A stretch of DNA of 64,000 bases from Octopus vulgaris (GCA_951406725.2 OX597834.1:38068001-38132000), one strand, 5' to 3'; positions 41,885-56,646 are shown, counted from the first letter of the stretch. Notes: a model not told the origin generated them from the sequence alone. Translations and numbers: made by a program.

Positions 41885-41990
41885 ACGTTTAAGTTTATCT
41901 CTATAGAATTCATACCCAACGCTGCAAGTTATGACATTTCGTATACGAATACGTCTATGTAAACAACGCAATCGAAGATAGTTGATGATT

Positions 41991-42048
41991 TGGATGTGGT
42001 GCTGATGAAAGAGCAATTGTTCTTGAAATATGTATATACACCCATTTA
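41991..42048 (+). ncRNA. Type I hammerhead ribozyme motif with intact catalytic core
   Basis: GGTG-CTGATGA-AAGAGC aatt GTTCTT-GAA-ATA tgta TAT-A-CACC. Predicted cleavage after 42038. Confidence 0.7.
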
Positions 42049-42128
42049 CCTATTTTACTATCTACGAATGCGTTGCTTATGCATATAAATATGTGTGTGC
42101 GCGTGTGTACGTGTGTGTGTATGTGTGA

Positions 42129-42178
<50 letters not shown>

Positions 42179-42568
42179 ATATCAATTTTATGGCAAATTA
42201 CAGTTTTGTGTTATAAGTATAACCGTGTTAGTGAACTATCAGTTCGAATCCTGGCTGAAATCGTTAATTCTCTTTGAAGAGGTATGCTAGTTACAACTTA
42301 TAATTTCTGCTACCTCGTATGAAATCCTGTGTTGACGTAAACTTTTAATAGGAAATAATTAACTATACAGAAGAATAGAAAGGTTATTTTTCTTTGATGT
42401 AAGGTCTGGATTTCTTTAACAATGCGTTTCAATTCCAGTGGCCATGCCGCCGTCCATTCCAAACTTTAGGAAAAGGATTTGAAGACAATTGAACTTGATT
42501 AACGATTTCCGACTCTCATTATTCTAAACTAACCATGATTGCTGTCTCAGTTTCAATTTCCTGCTATT

Positions 42569-42658
<90 letters not shown>

Positions 42659-44129
42659 ATATATATACACACAAATTCACGGTACTCGTATATACATACA
42701 TACTCATCTCATACACATGCACACAGATACATATATATATACACACACATACATACGTTTGTATATATGTGTGTGTGTGTGCGTGTGTGTATATATATTT
42801 ACACACACATACATGCACACGCATACACATACATGCATACATACATGCATGCATACATACATACATGCAGGTACATAAATACACACACCTTTCATTCTAT
42901 TCTATTCCAAAAAGACAAATGACTGCTTCAATCACACAAGCGGCCATATTTCGAGTGACAACAGTCAAAGCTATGCGCATGCCTCAATGCACTACATCCG
43001 AGTTATAGTAAATCTACATATTTTCAACCAAATACTAACCTACCACAAAGAACACGTTTCACGCTTTAAATCTCTTCAGAAATAAGCCAAAAGAACTTCT
43101 AAGAACTCTACTTTGCATATCTCGAATTTTCCACCGCCTATTCAAACAATTCAACCACTGTTCTCTAAATCTGAATATGTTATATATACTCTGCCATCTA
43201 TCTCAGTTATTTTAACAAATGTCAACACAGAATTCAACTCTAGACGAAAATGTATTTGTAGGCAACTATGGGCTTTCAAATGGTCATTGGTTAATCAAGA
43301 TATGTTTGATACATTTTCTTTTATCTTTCCCTCAACATTCTCTAGCTTCAGTTCCACGATCAATCTAATCTCAAAACAGCGGCCTTTTCTGTTCTTTCTT
43401 TTCTTCTCTTTCTTTTCTCTTTTCTTTCTTCTTTTTTCCCCTCTCTCTCTCTTCTTCAATTCAGTTTTCAAATCCGTCCGTCAAGTGATTTGCTATCAGA
43501 AACTATTAAATAACAGATAAGTGAGCAGCTACGAACTTCAGTAAAATAGCGCAGCCAGTAAATGTATTTCCTATCGTTCGTCTGCTTGGTGAATGTCATA
43601 CACAACTAGGTCGCCATCTCTTTTGCTATATACACTCAGCTCGTTATGTTATTCTTTGAATTATTGTAACCAAAATTTGATTCCGTATATTTTCATTCAC
43701 TCTTTTTTCTTTAGCTCTGATTTCTCTTCCTCATATTTCTTCTGGCATCATTTACGCTTTTATGTTTCCAGGAATATTTACTTCCATTTTTTCTTTAGTA
43801 TTTTTTCTTCAATTTTGGGGTGTTTTTTTTTAAATATTTAACGTTCTCTTTTCTTTCTATTTACATTTTTTTATCTATTTCTTATTCTTCTCATCTCATT
43901 CTTTTTTTTTATTTCATTATTTGAGTTTCTCTTTTTGTTGTAGTTGTTGTTGTTGAAATTTTTTCTTTCGTTTTCCTTCTAAAAGTATCGATTTCTGCAG
44001 GAACCCCAAACTTTAGAATTAGATTCTGCTTGTATAAATAAATAATTTGTCAGTACATGGAACTGGCTGTGTAAGAAACCACAGGTTGGTTTCTTACTGA
44101 AAATAAATCAATCGCAAAGTACGACGGTT

Positions 44130-44344
44130 GTATTATTGTTGTTGTTGTTATTACTATTATTTTTATTGCTATAGTATTACTATTATCATTATTATTATTA
44201 TTACTATTGTTACTACTACAACTACTACTACCACTACTACGGTTGATGTGTTGTTGTTGCTGTTGTTCCTAGTTACCTGCAGCGGCGGCAGTAGCAGCAG
44301 CAGCAGCAGCAGCGGTGGTGGTAGTGGTGATGGTGGTGGTTGTG

Positions 44345-44379
<35 letters not shown>

Positions 44380-44529
44380 GAGAGATGGCGATCACGATCA
44401 CGGCGACAACGACGACGACGATGACGACGGTGACGACGATGATGATGATGATCATCATCATGAACATGATGATGATGGCGACGACGATCATGATGATGAT
44501 GATGCCGATGATGACGATGACGATGATGA

Positions 44530-44563
<34 letters not shown>

Positions 44564-44615
44564 GGTGGTGGTGGTGGTGGTGGTGATGATGATAATGATG
44601 ATGATAATGATGACG

Positions 44616-44670
<55 letters not shown>

Positions 44671-44760
44671 CGATGATGATGATGATCGTGATAATGATGA
44701 TGACAGCAACGACGATGATGATGAAGAGGGCGGTGGCGCTGGTGGTGCTGGTGGTGCTGA
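44130..44760. repeat. Compound trinucleotide microsatellite (ATT/ACT/AGC/GGT/GAT)
   Basis: Direct reading. Confidence 0.95.
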
Positions 44761-45244
44761 GTGGTGGCGGCGTCAGTGGATATGGTCGAAAGAGAAATTA
44801 CAGCAAAGAAAATTAAAAAAAAAAAAAACGTTGAGGCAGTAGTAGTGGTGGCGGTGGGGACTATTGGAATTTTATTTTTACATTTTAAGTTTAATTTAAT
44901 ACTTTGCTTTGGTGTGTGTATATGTGTGTGTGTGCGGGTGCGCGCGGGCGCGTTTGAAGAGTGGAAGAGGGAGAAAAGAGGAAAATGCACACAGGTATAC
45001 CAATTCGTATACGTACACACATACCTGCCTCTATGTATACCCTTCTTTATGAGTGTACGACGTGTGTATGTGTTTGTATATATATATATATATATGCGGT
45101 GGGGTGCATGTATGTATATATGTATGCATGTATGTATGTAGACATATATATAAGTATGTATATACATATACGTGTATATATATGTATATTATATATACAT
45201 ATATATACACGTATTCACACAAAGCGAAATATATGTACGTAAGT

Positions 45245-45324
<80 letters not shown>

Positions 45325-45485
45325 GGGCAGACAGACAGACAGAAAAACAGACAGACAGACATATAGATAGATATAAAATTACGATGGTAAATACAGGCAC
45401 ACATTTATACACACTAGATATATCATATATATATACATATATATATACACATATATATACATATATATATATATTTATATATTTA

Positions 45486-45521
<36 letters not shown>

Positions 45522-45551
45522 TATATATAAGCATATCTCTCTAATACATAT

Positions 45552-45584
<33 letters not shown>

Positions 45585-46238
45585 ATTGTCTGTATATATT
45601 TATCATAGTAATTTCAAATAGATTTGTCAATAGTTTTATGTTTACCATTGATTTATCAATACGTTTAGCTTGTTTGTTTTTTTTTCCCCCCGAGATGCCT
45701 CGATAATACATTGCACGCCGCAATTGCTATGTTATTCAGTACTCTGTTATGTGTTTGTACCAGCAAGCTCTGCTTAAGTCATAACTCGAAAACCAGCGGA
45801 AAAAAAAAAAACTAGCCTCTGTGTGTGTTTGTACATATAACGTGATATTATATAATATCATATTCCATATTATATATCTATGTATGTGTGTGATTGTGTA
45901 TGTATCTATGACTTCGAATTTACGAAAACTGGGAGGTGGTGAAGTGCTGCTTAATACAGAAGTTTATTCGAGTTTTGTACAGTTTATTAATTTGTTGGAA
46001 ATGAGACTTCATTTTTTTATTCACTTCGGTTGCTTTGAGTTTTTGTTTGTTTACGTTTATCTCACTGCGACTGAAATTCAAATCCAAATATCAAGCTTCA
46101 TCGCGTCTCAGAATTTTAGTTCGTTTGCTCTTGGGGTGGGCGGGGTTGGGAGGTGGGGGGGAAGTGTGATGTGGCGTGATATTTATAGCATATGTTGCTT
46201 GGACAACACGCAGAATTTCTAACCCATGGCAGTAGACA

Positions 46239-46287
<49 letters not shown>

Positions 46288-46372
46288 TACATGCATACAT
46301 ACAAGTATATATATGTATACATATATGTGTGTATGTTTGTGTGTGCACATGCATATATAAGTAACATAAACG

Positions 46373-46418
<46 letters not shown>

Positions 46419-48597
46419 TATATATGTATATATACCTACATATATATGTGTGTATGTATACATGCACAAACACACACACATATCTATGTTTACAGATATA
46501 CATATACATATTAACGTATGTTAATATATATGTTAATATGATGATTCTCTGATTGTGTGTGTGTATGTGTGTGTGTATGTGTGTGTGTGAGTGTGTGTGT
46601 CTGTGCGTGTGTGTGTGTGTTTGAGTGTGCTACTAATATGATGCGGCTTGATGAAAGAATGAAATTCATAGTTAATCGGTTCGATAGCTAAATAGAAAAA
46701 TTATTTCATAGTTGTTACCACTATTATGTTGCTTGATTTTCCAGCTCGTCAGATGTTTTATCATTACTCAATGAAAGTGCCATAAAACATGTTTGTTTTC
46801 GTGTCCCCAGTATCTCGATATTGGTAGAAGTATGTGGTATTTTTCAGCCAATCTCAAAAGACAACATATTCCATAATTCACCATAATGTATTTATGTTGT
46901 TAACTTCTTTCCTCTCCAATATTGGAACCAGGGTATTAAGTTTCGTTTATCTCTACAAGTGAGAGGACAAAATATAGGGTGAAACTTTTGCACTAAGATT
47001 GAAGACTAATTTTATGTGTGTGTTTATAGCTATTAATTATAGTTATGACGGAGACGATATTTTCGGTGCAGGTGTATCTAACTTTGACGTTTTTTTGTTG
47101 AAGAATGTATATTTGCAGTTACTATGGAAATGTTTCCCCAATCACAAATGCTATAAACTCTCAGTAGCCATTTCTACATAGCTGCCAAACCAATTAGCTA
47201 GAACTCCCTACTGCCACATGTTAGAATCATTAGCGTTTCCAAGGCAATATGTGTTGTAAAAGCCATCGAAGTCACTCTGACGTAACTGACCAATATCAAT
47301 CAAAACAGAATATTAAGAGACTTAAAAGCCTGATATTTGGATATGAATCTCACTCGCAGTGAAAAAAAAACTGAGTGCCGACAAAGGGGAGCAGGTTAGG
47401 GGAAAATTGGCGTTTTATGTTTTGTCACAATTATTTATAATGCCTCTTTGGTCCAGATATTTAAATGATATAAGGCTCACTCCACCAAACTGTAAAAAGC
47501 ACCATAGGATAGTATATCTTATGGGTGTGAGCAACAGGAGCACGTCATTAATTCTAGCTTATTCCGCCCAGCTGTATGTATCATGAGATGGATACTCTAG
47601 CAGCTTCGTGGTACTGTAGAATAGTATATCTCACAGCTGTGTGCAACAACATCACAACAGACACAATGAGACGATGGAGCGGCCGTTCTGTCTGGAAACA
47701 TCAGTCAAAATTTCCCACAAATCACACCTCACTGTCTTAAAAAAGGAAGAACACATAGGTCAATGTTGCCCAAAATGCACCGTCGTAATAATAAGACAGG
47801 CGGCCCAGGACTGTACACGAAACTATGTTTGTGCTCTTATAATGTAAACAATACCGAGATTTTTTTTCTTTTTCACTTGAAATCCTATCATTCATTCCTG
47901 GGGATGTTTTTTATCTAAGTAGGGTAAGATGCCAAATATGGACAAAAATCGGATTCATGAAACGAATGAATGTGTAACTAAGGATGACCCTACGACGACA
48001 ATGACGGTGACGACTATGTCAATTAAGATAATGATGACAAAGATGTCTGCTACATTAATCTGTTTCTCATTTGGTATTTCAGCGGCAACAAGAATGATAG
48101 CGAAGAACGTTTGTTGCAAGACACCAAAAGGTTCGCTAAAAAACTCATGCGACGCTGGGGAGGACGAAGCATGTGTAATGAATTCGTTATTATTCTATAT
48201 TCCAAAGCTGATAAAGTCGTAAGTATACATTCTGATAAAAATGTTGATAATATTAGTCAGTAATGTTGATAAAGTAATGTTAGTCAGAGTAATGTTAGTG
48301 AAGAGCATGCAAAGGTCAACCCTGAGTGTACTTTTCTGTGTGGGTAAAAGAAAACTTAAAGATAGCATTTTTGTTATTTTGGACGTGGCAGACTAATCCG
48401 GGCCTTTGTATGGATTTCCATCCAAACTATTACCCCAGATGGTTTTCTTCTTACCCCTATTAGAACCTTTCTTATTAATAATTCTATTATATTGTATCTT
48501 TTGTTTTTGTTAGCTTCTTACCGTAGACCGTAGATCCCACTTTGTGTGGTTGTATTTCGTCCTTGTATTCTTGTCAATGACTTCGGGCCATTAAAAA

Positions 48598-48598
48598 A

Positions 48599-48671
<73 letters not shown>

Positions 48672-48780
48672 GCGGCGAGCTGGCAGAATCGTTATCATCA
48701 TCATCATCATCATCATCATCACTATTATTATTTTTGGTGATGGCGATGATGATGATGATGATGATGACGATGATGATGAC

Positions 48781-48827
<47 letters not shown>

Positions 48828-49850
48828 GGATGATGATGATGATGATGATGATGATTATGATGGTGGTAGTGGTGGTGATGATGATAAGGACGACGACGAC
48901 GACAAGTATCACGATGGTGATATGTTATCATCATCATTCTCATCATCATCATCATTGTCATCATCATCATTGTCATGATGAATCATTGTCATCATCATCA
49001 TCATCATCATGACCATGACGATGTGGAGGACGGTTATGGCGGTTGAGGTGTTCTCGGTCCTGGCGATACTATCACGGTGGTGGTGGTGGCGAGGTTAAAG
49101 TTCATGGAGGTGACGGTGATGATGATGCTTACTGAAGTGGTTAGAAAGGGGGGGGATTAGGAACAGGCGTAACAAAAGAAGGTGGCGAAGCAGGAGGGCT
49201 TAGATGATGCGGATGATATCAATAGCGTTAAATCGAATTCTCTGATGTAAATTCTGAAAATCGTACATACACACATACATATATACATACATATATATAT
49301 ATACGTGTGTGTGTGTATACACATGCAAATACATACATACATATATATATATACGTGTGTGTGTGTGTATACACATGCAAATACATACATACATATATAT
49401 ATACACACATACATACATACATACTTACATTCATACATACATATATATACGTGTGTGTGTATATACACATACATACATACATACATACATACATGCATAC
49501 ATATATACATACATATATACATACAAGCATACATACAAACAGACATACATACATACAAATATACATACATACATACATACATACATACATACATACGTAC
49601 ATACATATAAACATACATACATACAAACATACATACATACGTACATACATACATACATACAAACATACATACATACATACATACATACATACATACAAAC
49701 ATACATACGTACATACATACATACATATATACATACATACATACATACATACATACATACATACATACATACATACATACATACATACATACATACATAC
49801 ATACATACATACATACATACATACATACATACGTACATACATACTTGTAA
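48598..49850. repeat. (ATT)n, (GAT)n/(CAT)n and (CATA)n microsatellite field, with a SINE A head stub at 48670-48693
   Basis: Direct reading. Confidence 0.9.
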
Positions 49851-50177
49851 TTATGTGTGTACAATTATTGGAAACCTTTATATAAATTTATCTACATAGT
49901 GAATCAAGCATAAATGTGTGCGTATGTGTCTGTGTCTGTGTGTGCGTGAATGTGTGTCTCTAGGTATATGGGTGAATGAGATAGGTCAGGATAAGATGTG
50001 TGCGCGTGCTCACACACGCATACATACACACGCACATATATATATATATATATTTATACACACACATGCACATATATACATGTCTATACATATATGCGTG
50101 CATACATATAAATACACATACTTATATATGTATTCATATATATATGTGTGTGTGTGTCTGTGTGTGTGTCTGTGTGT

Positions 50178-50212
<35 letters not shown>

Positions 50213-50238
50213 TATATATACACACGCACTCATATGTG

Positions 50239-50269
<31 letters not shown>

Positions 50270-50327
50270 TTATACATACATATATATATATACATACATA
50301 TATATGTATATATATATATATATATAC

Positions 50328-50398
<71 letters not shown>

Positions 50399-50885
50399 GC
50401 TAGACAGATTGCGAGATAGATACATACATATCTCATATAAAAGGTAAATTATTATCTCTAAAACACATATTATATATTATCAGAGAATGAATATAATATT
50501 TTTTTTTCGTTTTTAGATTTCTCCATCATAAATTACATATAATAAGAATCGTACCACATAATAGAGATTACACCAAATCATATTTACACAAATTATGCAA
50601 ATTATATTATATTATTTATTTATTTATTTATTTATTGACTCTATTTTATTAGAATTGCAAGCGCAATGTAAACTGTACAATTTCTTTTGTCTTGTAATAT
50701 CTTTTATACAGTCGAAATTGTATTGAATGCAATCCACTTACAATGCGAACGGAGCATGTTTTGTAAATGATGGATCGCTAGAATATAGATGGAACAAGAC
50801 ATATTCTTACTCATGCAATTTAATTATTGATGGATGAAAACACGGTCGCTTTTGCTTTATAATGGATATAAGTAATTCCTTGTGA

Positions 50886-50924
<39 letters not shown>

Positions 50925-51079
50925 TGTTATGTCATATTTTTCTGGCAATGACAGACTTGATGTGTTTGTGTGTGTGTGTGTGTGTGTGGAATAGATTCTG
51001 GGAATTACTGAGGCATATGCATGTATACTAGAATAATGTAAAGGCGACTTGAGTAAATTGAATAATGTATTGGACAACT

Positions 51080-51102
51080 GCTGATGATGTTGATGATGTT
51101 CT

Positions 51103-51142
<40 letters not shown>

Positions 51143-51150
51143 AATGATGG

Positions 51151-51218
<68 letters not shown>

Positions 51219-51233
51219 GTGTGATGATGATGG

Positions 51234-51264
<31 letters not shown>

Positions 51265-51625
51265 AACGGTGGAGGTGGTGGTGATAAGGTTGATAATGAT
51301 GGTGGTGATGGTTATTGTTGTTGTTCTTGTTCTTGTTGGTGGCGGTGTTGTTTTGGTTGTGGTGGTGATGATCATAATGAGAATGATGATGATGTTGACG
51401 ATGATAATGATGATGATAATGGTGATGGTGGTGGTGGTGATGGTGATGGTGGTGACGATGATAATGATAAGACGACGATGGTAGTGAGGAGTTGGGCGTC
51501 GGAATGATAGTGTTATTGCTGTGGTTGTTGTAGTTGGTGGTAATGGTGGTGGTGGTGGTGGTAGTGGTGGTGGTGGTCGTCGTCGTTGTCGTGGTCGTGG
51601 TTGTCGTCGTCGTCGTGACGATGAT
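51080..51625. repeat. (GAT)n/(GGT)n compound microsatellite
   Basis: Direct reading. Confidence 0.95.
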
Positions 51626-52313
51626 GGTTTGGGGCCAAAACTTTGAACGAATCAGGCAAAGGCATAGGACAATAGCCAAGACTGGGGCAGATCAGTGTCC
51701 TCTGGGTAATATCTACTCTTAAGTGGGGCGATTCTTGGGTTTTAGACTCATTCCGTTACCTACATGGCTGCTGTTTGTATTTGTTTTTTGTTTTTTTCTT
51801 TTTTGTAGCAATTTACTCTCTGTTACTGTCTTTCGAGACAGCTCCCACCTGGAGAGAACTTCTTATGCCTCTCCAACCAGTAACAGAGATCTCTGAAAAG
51901 TGCCGTGCACACTCCTTCTTCATCCATTGCAAAACTACCAAATAAAAACATAAATTATCTCATTACCTCATTTAAATAACGTAACACACTTTCATTAACG
52001 ATGGTTGAAATGGAAGAGAATGTAAGAATGATATACAAGGAGTTGGGCTTGAATTGTAAGTGACTTGATCGGAGAGCGTGTGTTTACGCTGGAATAACGA
52101 CAGCAAGGATGAGCCAAAGCTGTTCAATTTCCTTTAAATTTCAATTTTGACACCTCATAAAATATACTTAGAGTGAATTTAATAGCGCGCAAGTAGCTTT
52201 GCATGCAGCTAATGTCTTTTTTACGATGCATTTCTAAATATATAAGGTGCAATGATATATACTGGAACATGGCAGTAAACAATCTGCGAAGAGACATGGG
52301 TGTTTGTGTGTGT

Positions 52314-52411
<98 letters not shown>

Positions 52412-52413
52412 TG

Positions 52414-52500
52414 TATAAGAGGGAGAGCTGAAAAATTCCTGCCTTTTAAAGGTGTCGCGAAAAACCCGGTTGGAGGCGCAATCTTCCGAGTCCTTTTACA
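52414..52500 (+). mobile_element. Possible mariner terminal fragment
   Basis: TA-agagggagagctgaaaaattcc resembles mariner TIRs of the TACGAGGG..TGAAAAGT type. No partner end found. Confidence 0.4.
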
Positions 52501-52774
52501 CCGCTAAGTTACGGTGACGTAAACACACCAGCATCGGTTGTCTAGCGATGTTGGGGTGGGGGGAACACAGACACACAAACATATACATACACACACACAC
52601 ATATATATATATACATATATACGACGGGCTTCTTTCAGTTTCCGTCTATCAAATCCACTCAGAAGGCTTTGGTCGACCCGAGGCTATAGTAGAAGACACT
52701 TGCCCAAAGTGCCACGCAGTGGGACTGAACCCGGAACCATGTAGTTGGTAAACAAGCTACTTACCCCACAGCCA
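52500..52774 (-). mobile_element. SINE family B, young copy
   Basis: gacgggcttctttcagtttccgtcta...cccgaggctatagtagaagacacttgccca...gggactgaacccggaaccatg. Confidence 0.9.
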
Positions 52775-53174
52775 TGGGACCCGTTACGAGGAGATATTTG
52801 AGAAAGAAAAGACAATTTGCATTTTCATAGCATATAAAACTAATTATTGCTTATGCAATAAATAGTACGAAAATATACAATAACAATCCATACAATACTT
52901 AATACACATACCATTCATTAGTATTCAATTCTTTTGAAACTGCATAATCAATATATAATTGCATATTCCTTATTACGAAATATTTTATTATAATTATTTC
53001 ACATTATATACAATTAATGTGCACAAAATGATATAGAGAAAATCCACGGCTATTTCGCTAAGTTATTTCACTTCCAGTCTCAAAAATGTTATATGATTTC
53101 AAAACTTCCCTCGGCCAAATACATTGTATTTATTTATTTATTTATTTCTCCCCTCTCTCTTTCTCTCTCTTTCG

Positions 53175-53216
<42 letters not shown>

Positions 53217-53477
53217 CTTTCTCCCTACCTCTTCAACAAACTTTTAAGCATGTGACTGCTCTCCTCACGCAGTTAACACTTCTCTCTCTCTTTTTCTCTC
53301 TCCTTCTCTCTCTCTCTCTCTCCTCTTCCTCTCACTTCCACTAACCAGATGAGTGAGAGTCTAATGCATCGGCTGGCAATCTGTATTCTCACTCACTTCC
53401 CCTCCCATTCTCTCACTCTCCCTTTCCTTTCCTCTCTCTCTGTCTCCCTTATGTATATATATATATATATATATATA

Positions 53478-53856
53478 TCTATATAAACGGCAGTTTCTCT
53501 GTGTGTGTTTCTGTGTGTCTGTTTGGTTGTACCCTCACCCTGACCACGGCTTTCAACCGATTCTGATGAAACTTGACACACACATAGCCCAATGTCATAA
53601 TTCAAAACTAACGCAGCGAAAATTTTGAAAAGTTCCCCCAGTTCTGAAAAAGATCGATAAATTCGACATGGGGTCGACAATCAGAAACACAAACCACAGA
53701 TGGTCTAGGGGACGCAACTCGACCTTTTTAACTATCAAAAAAAATTTACCATCATTTTTTTCCCCTTTTTTTTGCTATTTTTTGGCTATAACTCTCTAAA
53801 AATGCTTTATAGTTATTTCCCTTACAAACCCGAGCAATGCCGGGCGATACTGCTAG
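53478..53856 (+). mobile_element. Non-autonomous Helitron
   Basis: 5' TC, 3' CTAG, subterminal GC hairpin CCCG(a)GC aat GCCGGG, inserted between A and T within (TA)n, no TSD. Confidence 0.85.
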
Positions 53857-55093
53857 TATATATATATAAGTTGAGCCGATGTCAGACGTGTTAAAAATTG
53901 TAGGAAATGGTGGTGGTCAACTACGTTTCTAAGACTTTCCTCGTAGCTTCTCCATATTAAACACAGTGGATGGATTTCTGAGACGAAACATGTATTAAAC
54001 AGGTCAAGTGATAACATAAAAGATCCGTTGTTGTTGTAGCGGTGGTGGTGGTGATGGTGCTGGTGCTGCTGGTGAAGGTTCTATTGTTGGTTGCGTAGCC
54101 GCAAGTCAACCTGTAGCGCGTCGTCCTAAGTCAAGCAGCTAAGTTCACCGAACGATCAAATATTACCCGCTGCTCAGTCCATCGATCAAAGAGCAACAGT
54201 TACTGTTTCCCCCCTGTGATTATAGTCATTGCTATATTACTATGGCTGCTGCTGCTGCTGCTGCCGCTACCACGGCCGCTGTTCTCGCTGCCTTCTTGTA
54301 GTTGTCATTGTTGTGGCTGTTGTTGTCAGCGCTATTTTTGTTATTGTTGCTGTTGTTGCAGCTATTGTCATTAGTGCCGTTGCTATTGTCATTGCAATCA
54401 TCGTTGCCGTTGTTGTTGTTATGACTACTGAGATTGTTGTCATTGTTGCTGTTATGGCTGTCCCTTTCGTTCTTGTAGTGTCGCCGTCGTCGTCGTTATG
54501 GTAGCTGTTGTTGTTGTTCATAGAGTTGCTTCGATATTAACTTTGATCCAGTGATCTGTATAGGTAGAAGACAATGGTTTATTGAACTAACATAGCAAAA
54601 TATTGACATTTAGGATTTATATTTGTGTTACATATGAAAATATTAATTCAAAGGATTTAGTGGCCACTGCACACCAGCTCTCGCTTGAACCTGAAATGCC
54701 TTACAATGTAGCATCAAATTCAACAGGTCTTGTCACCAATCGTCATCATCAATAACATCGTCATCACCACCACCACCACCACCACCACCACCACCACTAA
54801 CATCATCAGACATTCGGTGATTGAAGTGTTACTGCTCATATTGACATAACTTCACAGGCCTGTTGTAATAACAATAAGATTTCTCCTTCAAATTGATCTC
54901 TCCATAGTTATTTGATCAACTTAATTCTCTTTCTATATTATGACACCAACAACTACAAGAAACTCAAGTCAATTCTTCCGTCCTGCTTCTTTTCACCCAT
55001 TGTTACTTCTTGTTTTCTCAAACGTATGGCGATATGTAAGTAAATACATTTAAGGATATGTGTGTGTATGCATACATATATATATATATATAA

Positions 55094-55321
55094 ATTCTAT
55101 AATCATGAGCATAATTATAATTAGGGTTCAGCAAAATTTACTTCACCACATACTGAAATTTAGAAAGCAGTTAAAATACTATTCTACTACCATAAGATAT
55201 GCTGTCTGGGAGATATTTTATGGTAGTAGAATAGTATTTTAACTGCTATTTCTAAATTTCGGTATGTGGTGAAGCAAATTTTGCTGAACCCTAATTATAA
55301 TTATGCTCTTAATTATAGAAT
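55094..55321. repeat. Near-perfect palindrome, arms ~107 bp, 12-nt loop
   Basis: 55094-55200 versus 55213-55321, a few mismatches and one 2-bp indel. Loop gctgtctgggag. Confidence 0.95.
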
Positions 55322-55448
55322 ATTTGTATAAGTTTACCGATAATGGTTCTTTTAACATACCGAACTATTTGGTAAAATTATTAATTATTAATTAATTAAT
55401 TAATTTTACACTTTATTATATACATATATATACATGTGTATTGTTTGT

Positions 55449-55518
<70 letters not shown>

Positions 55519-55520
<2 letters not shown>

Positions 55521-55760
55521 TTTCGGATCTGGGATTAAGTAGTGTGGCGGAATTCTTGGGTCTAAAAAGAATGTGTAGTTTTTCAGTCACGCATAACTTG
55601 CATCTCTTTGATCCATTTACACGTGGTACAAATTTTTTTACATTGTTCCACTTGATTGGATGTGGTGTGCAATTGGTATTAAGATCCCATACATGGCTAG
55701 CCAACTTACTTGTTTATGGTTGTCGATATGTCGGATCCTTATAGTTAAGAACCGGAACAT
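55519..55760 (-). mobile_element. Penelope-like element GIY-YIG C-terminal fragment
   Basis: TSKLASHVWDLN...IKWNNVKKFVPRVNGSKRCKLCVTEKLHILF...TLLNPRSE, the typical PLE CxLCxxEKxxI...LNxRSE ending. Confidence 0.85.
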
Positions 55761-56008
55761 TTACATGAAGCAGCGGGGTTTTTTTCTCTGTATATCTTCC
55801 TGTTGTTCAGTCCTCCCTAGAGTTTCTTACTACTATCTTTGCTTACATTCAGATCTCAAATTCTGAATGGGTTAAACTTTAGGCTTTTTTGTCTCACCAT
55901 CACCCTCTGACTATTTTTAGAATTATTTCCCAACATTTGCACGAACCCAAATATTTAAGTATGGAGACTAAATTGACCTCAGTAGTTGAATGGTTATATA
56001 TATCTGAA

Positions 56009-56239
56009 AGCGGTAAGCTGGCAGAAACGTTAGCACGCCGGGCGAAATGCGTAGCTGTATTTCGTCTGCCGTTACGTTCTGAGTTCAAATTCCGCCGAGG
56101 TCGACTTTGCCTTTCATCCTTTCAGGGTCGATAGATTAAGTACCAGTTACGCACTGGGGTTGATATAATCAACTTTATCCGTTTGTCTGTCCTTGTTTGT
56201 CCTCTATGTGTTTAGCCTCTTGTGGATAGTAAAGAAATA
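56009..56239 (+). mobile_element. SINE A, tail type 1
   Basis: Flanking duplication GGTTATATAT at 55992-56001 and 56240-56249. Confidence 0.9.
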
Positions 56240-56624
56240 GGTTATATATTTCATAGACTTCTCAAGGACGAAAAATAAAGTCGAACACGGCAGGATTTAA
56301 ACTCAGAACGTAAGGGGTTCCAACTATATATACTCTAACGAGTATGTCTTTGTGCTGCGCCAACAATCGACTTTCTGCAATATTGATTAAAATTCAAGCA
56401 ACGTGCAAGTGAGATCTGAACTGATAACCTGAGATACAACAAGAAACTACCAAAACAAAACAAAACAAATGCGTTTGGTTTGGTTCGATGCTCGACAACA
56501 CGATACAGTGTCAGCCAGCTCCCTAATAAATATAGCAGTAATTATGAATATGTCAAAAATAAAAAAAATAAATAAGAATATGTAACATTCAAAAAGAATG
56601 GGAACAGGGAATAAATAAATAAAT

Positions 56625-56646
56625 TAATAATAATAATAATAATAAC

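Noticed and set aside
43298-43320. miR-190-like sequence AGATATGTTTGATACATTT
   Set aside because: The 3' end diverges from the mature miRNA as I recall it, and there is no convincing complementary arm for a precursor hairpin.
44077-44097. 11-bp hairpin GTAAGAAACCA/TGGTTTCTTAC (about 44071-44097) as terminator or pre-miRNA
   Set aside because: Too short for a pre-miRNA, and intrinsic terminators do not apply in this eukaryotic context.
48525-48546. miR-100-like sequence
   Set aside because: Mismatches in the seed, no hairpin, and it lies in a probable retroelement 3' end before an (ATT)n tail.
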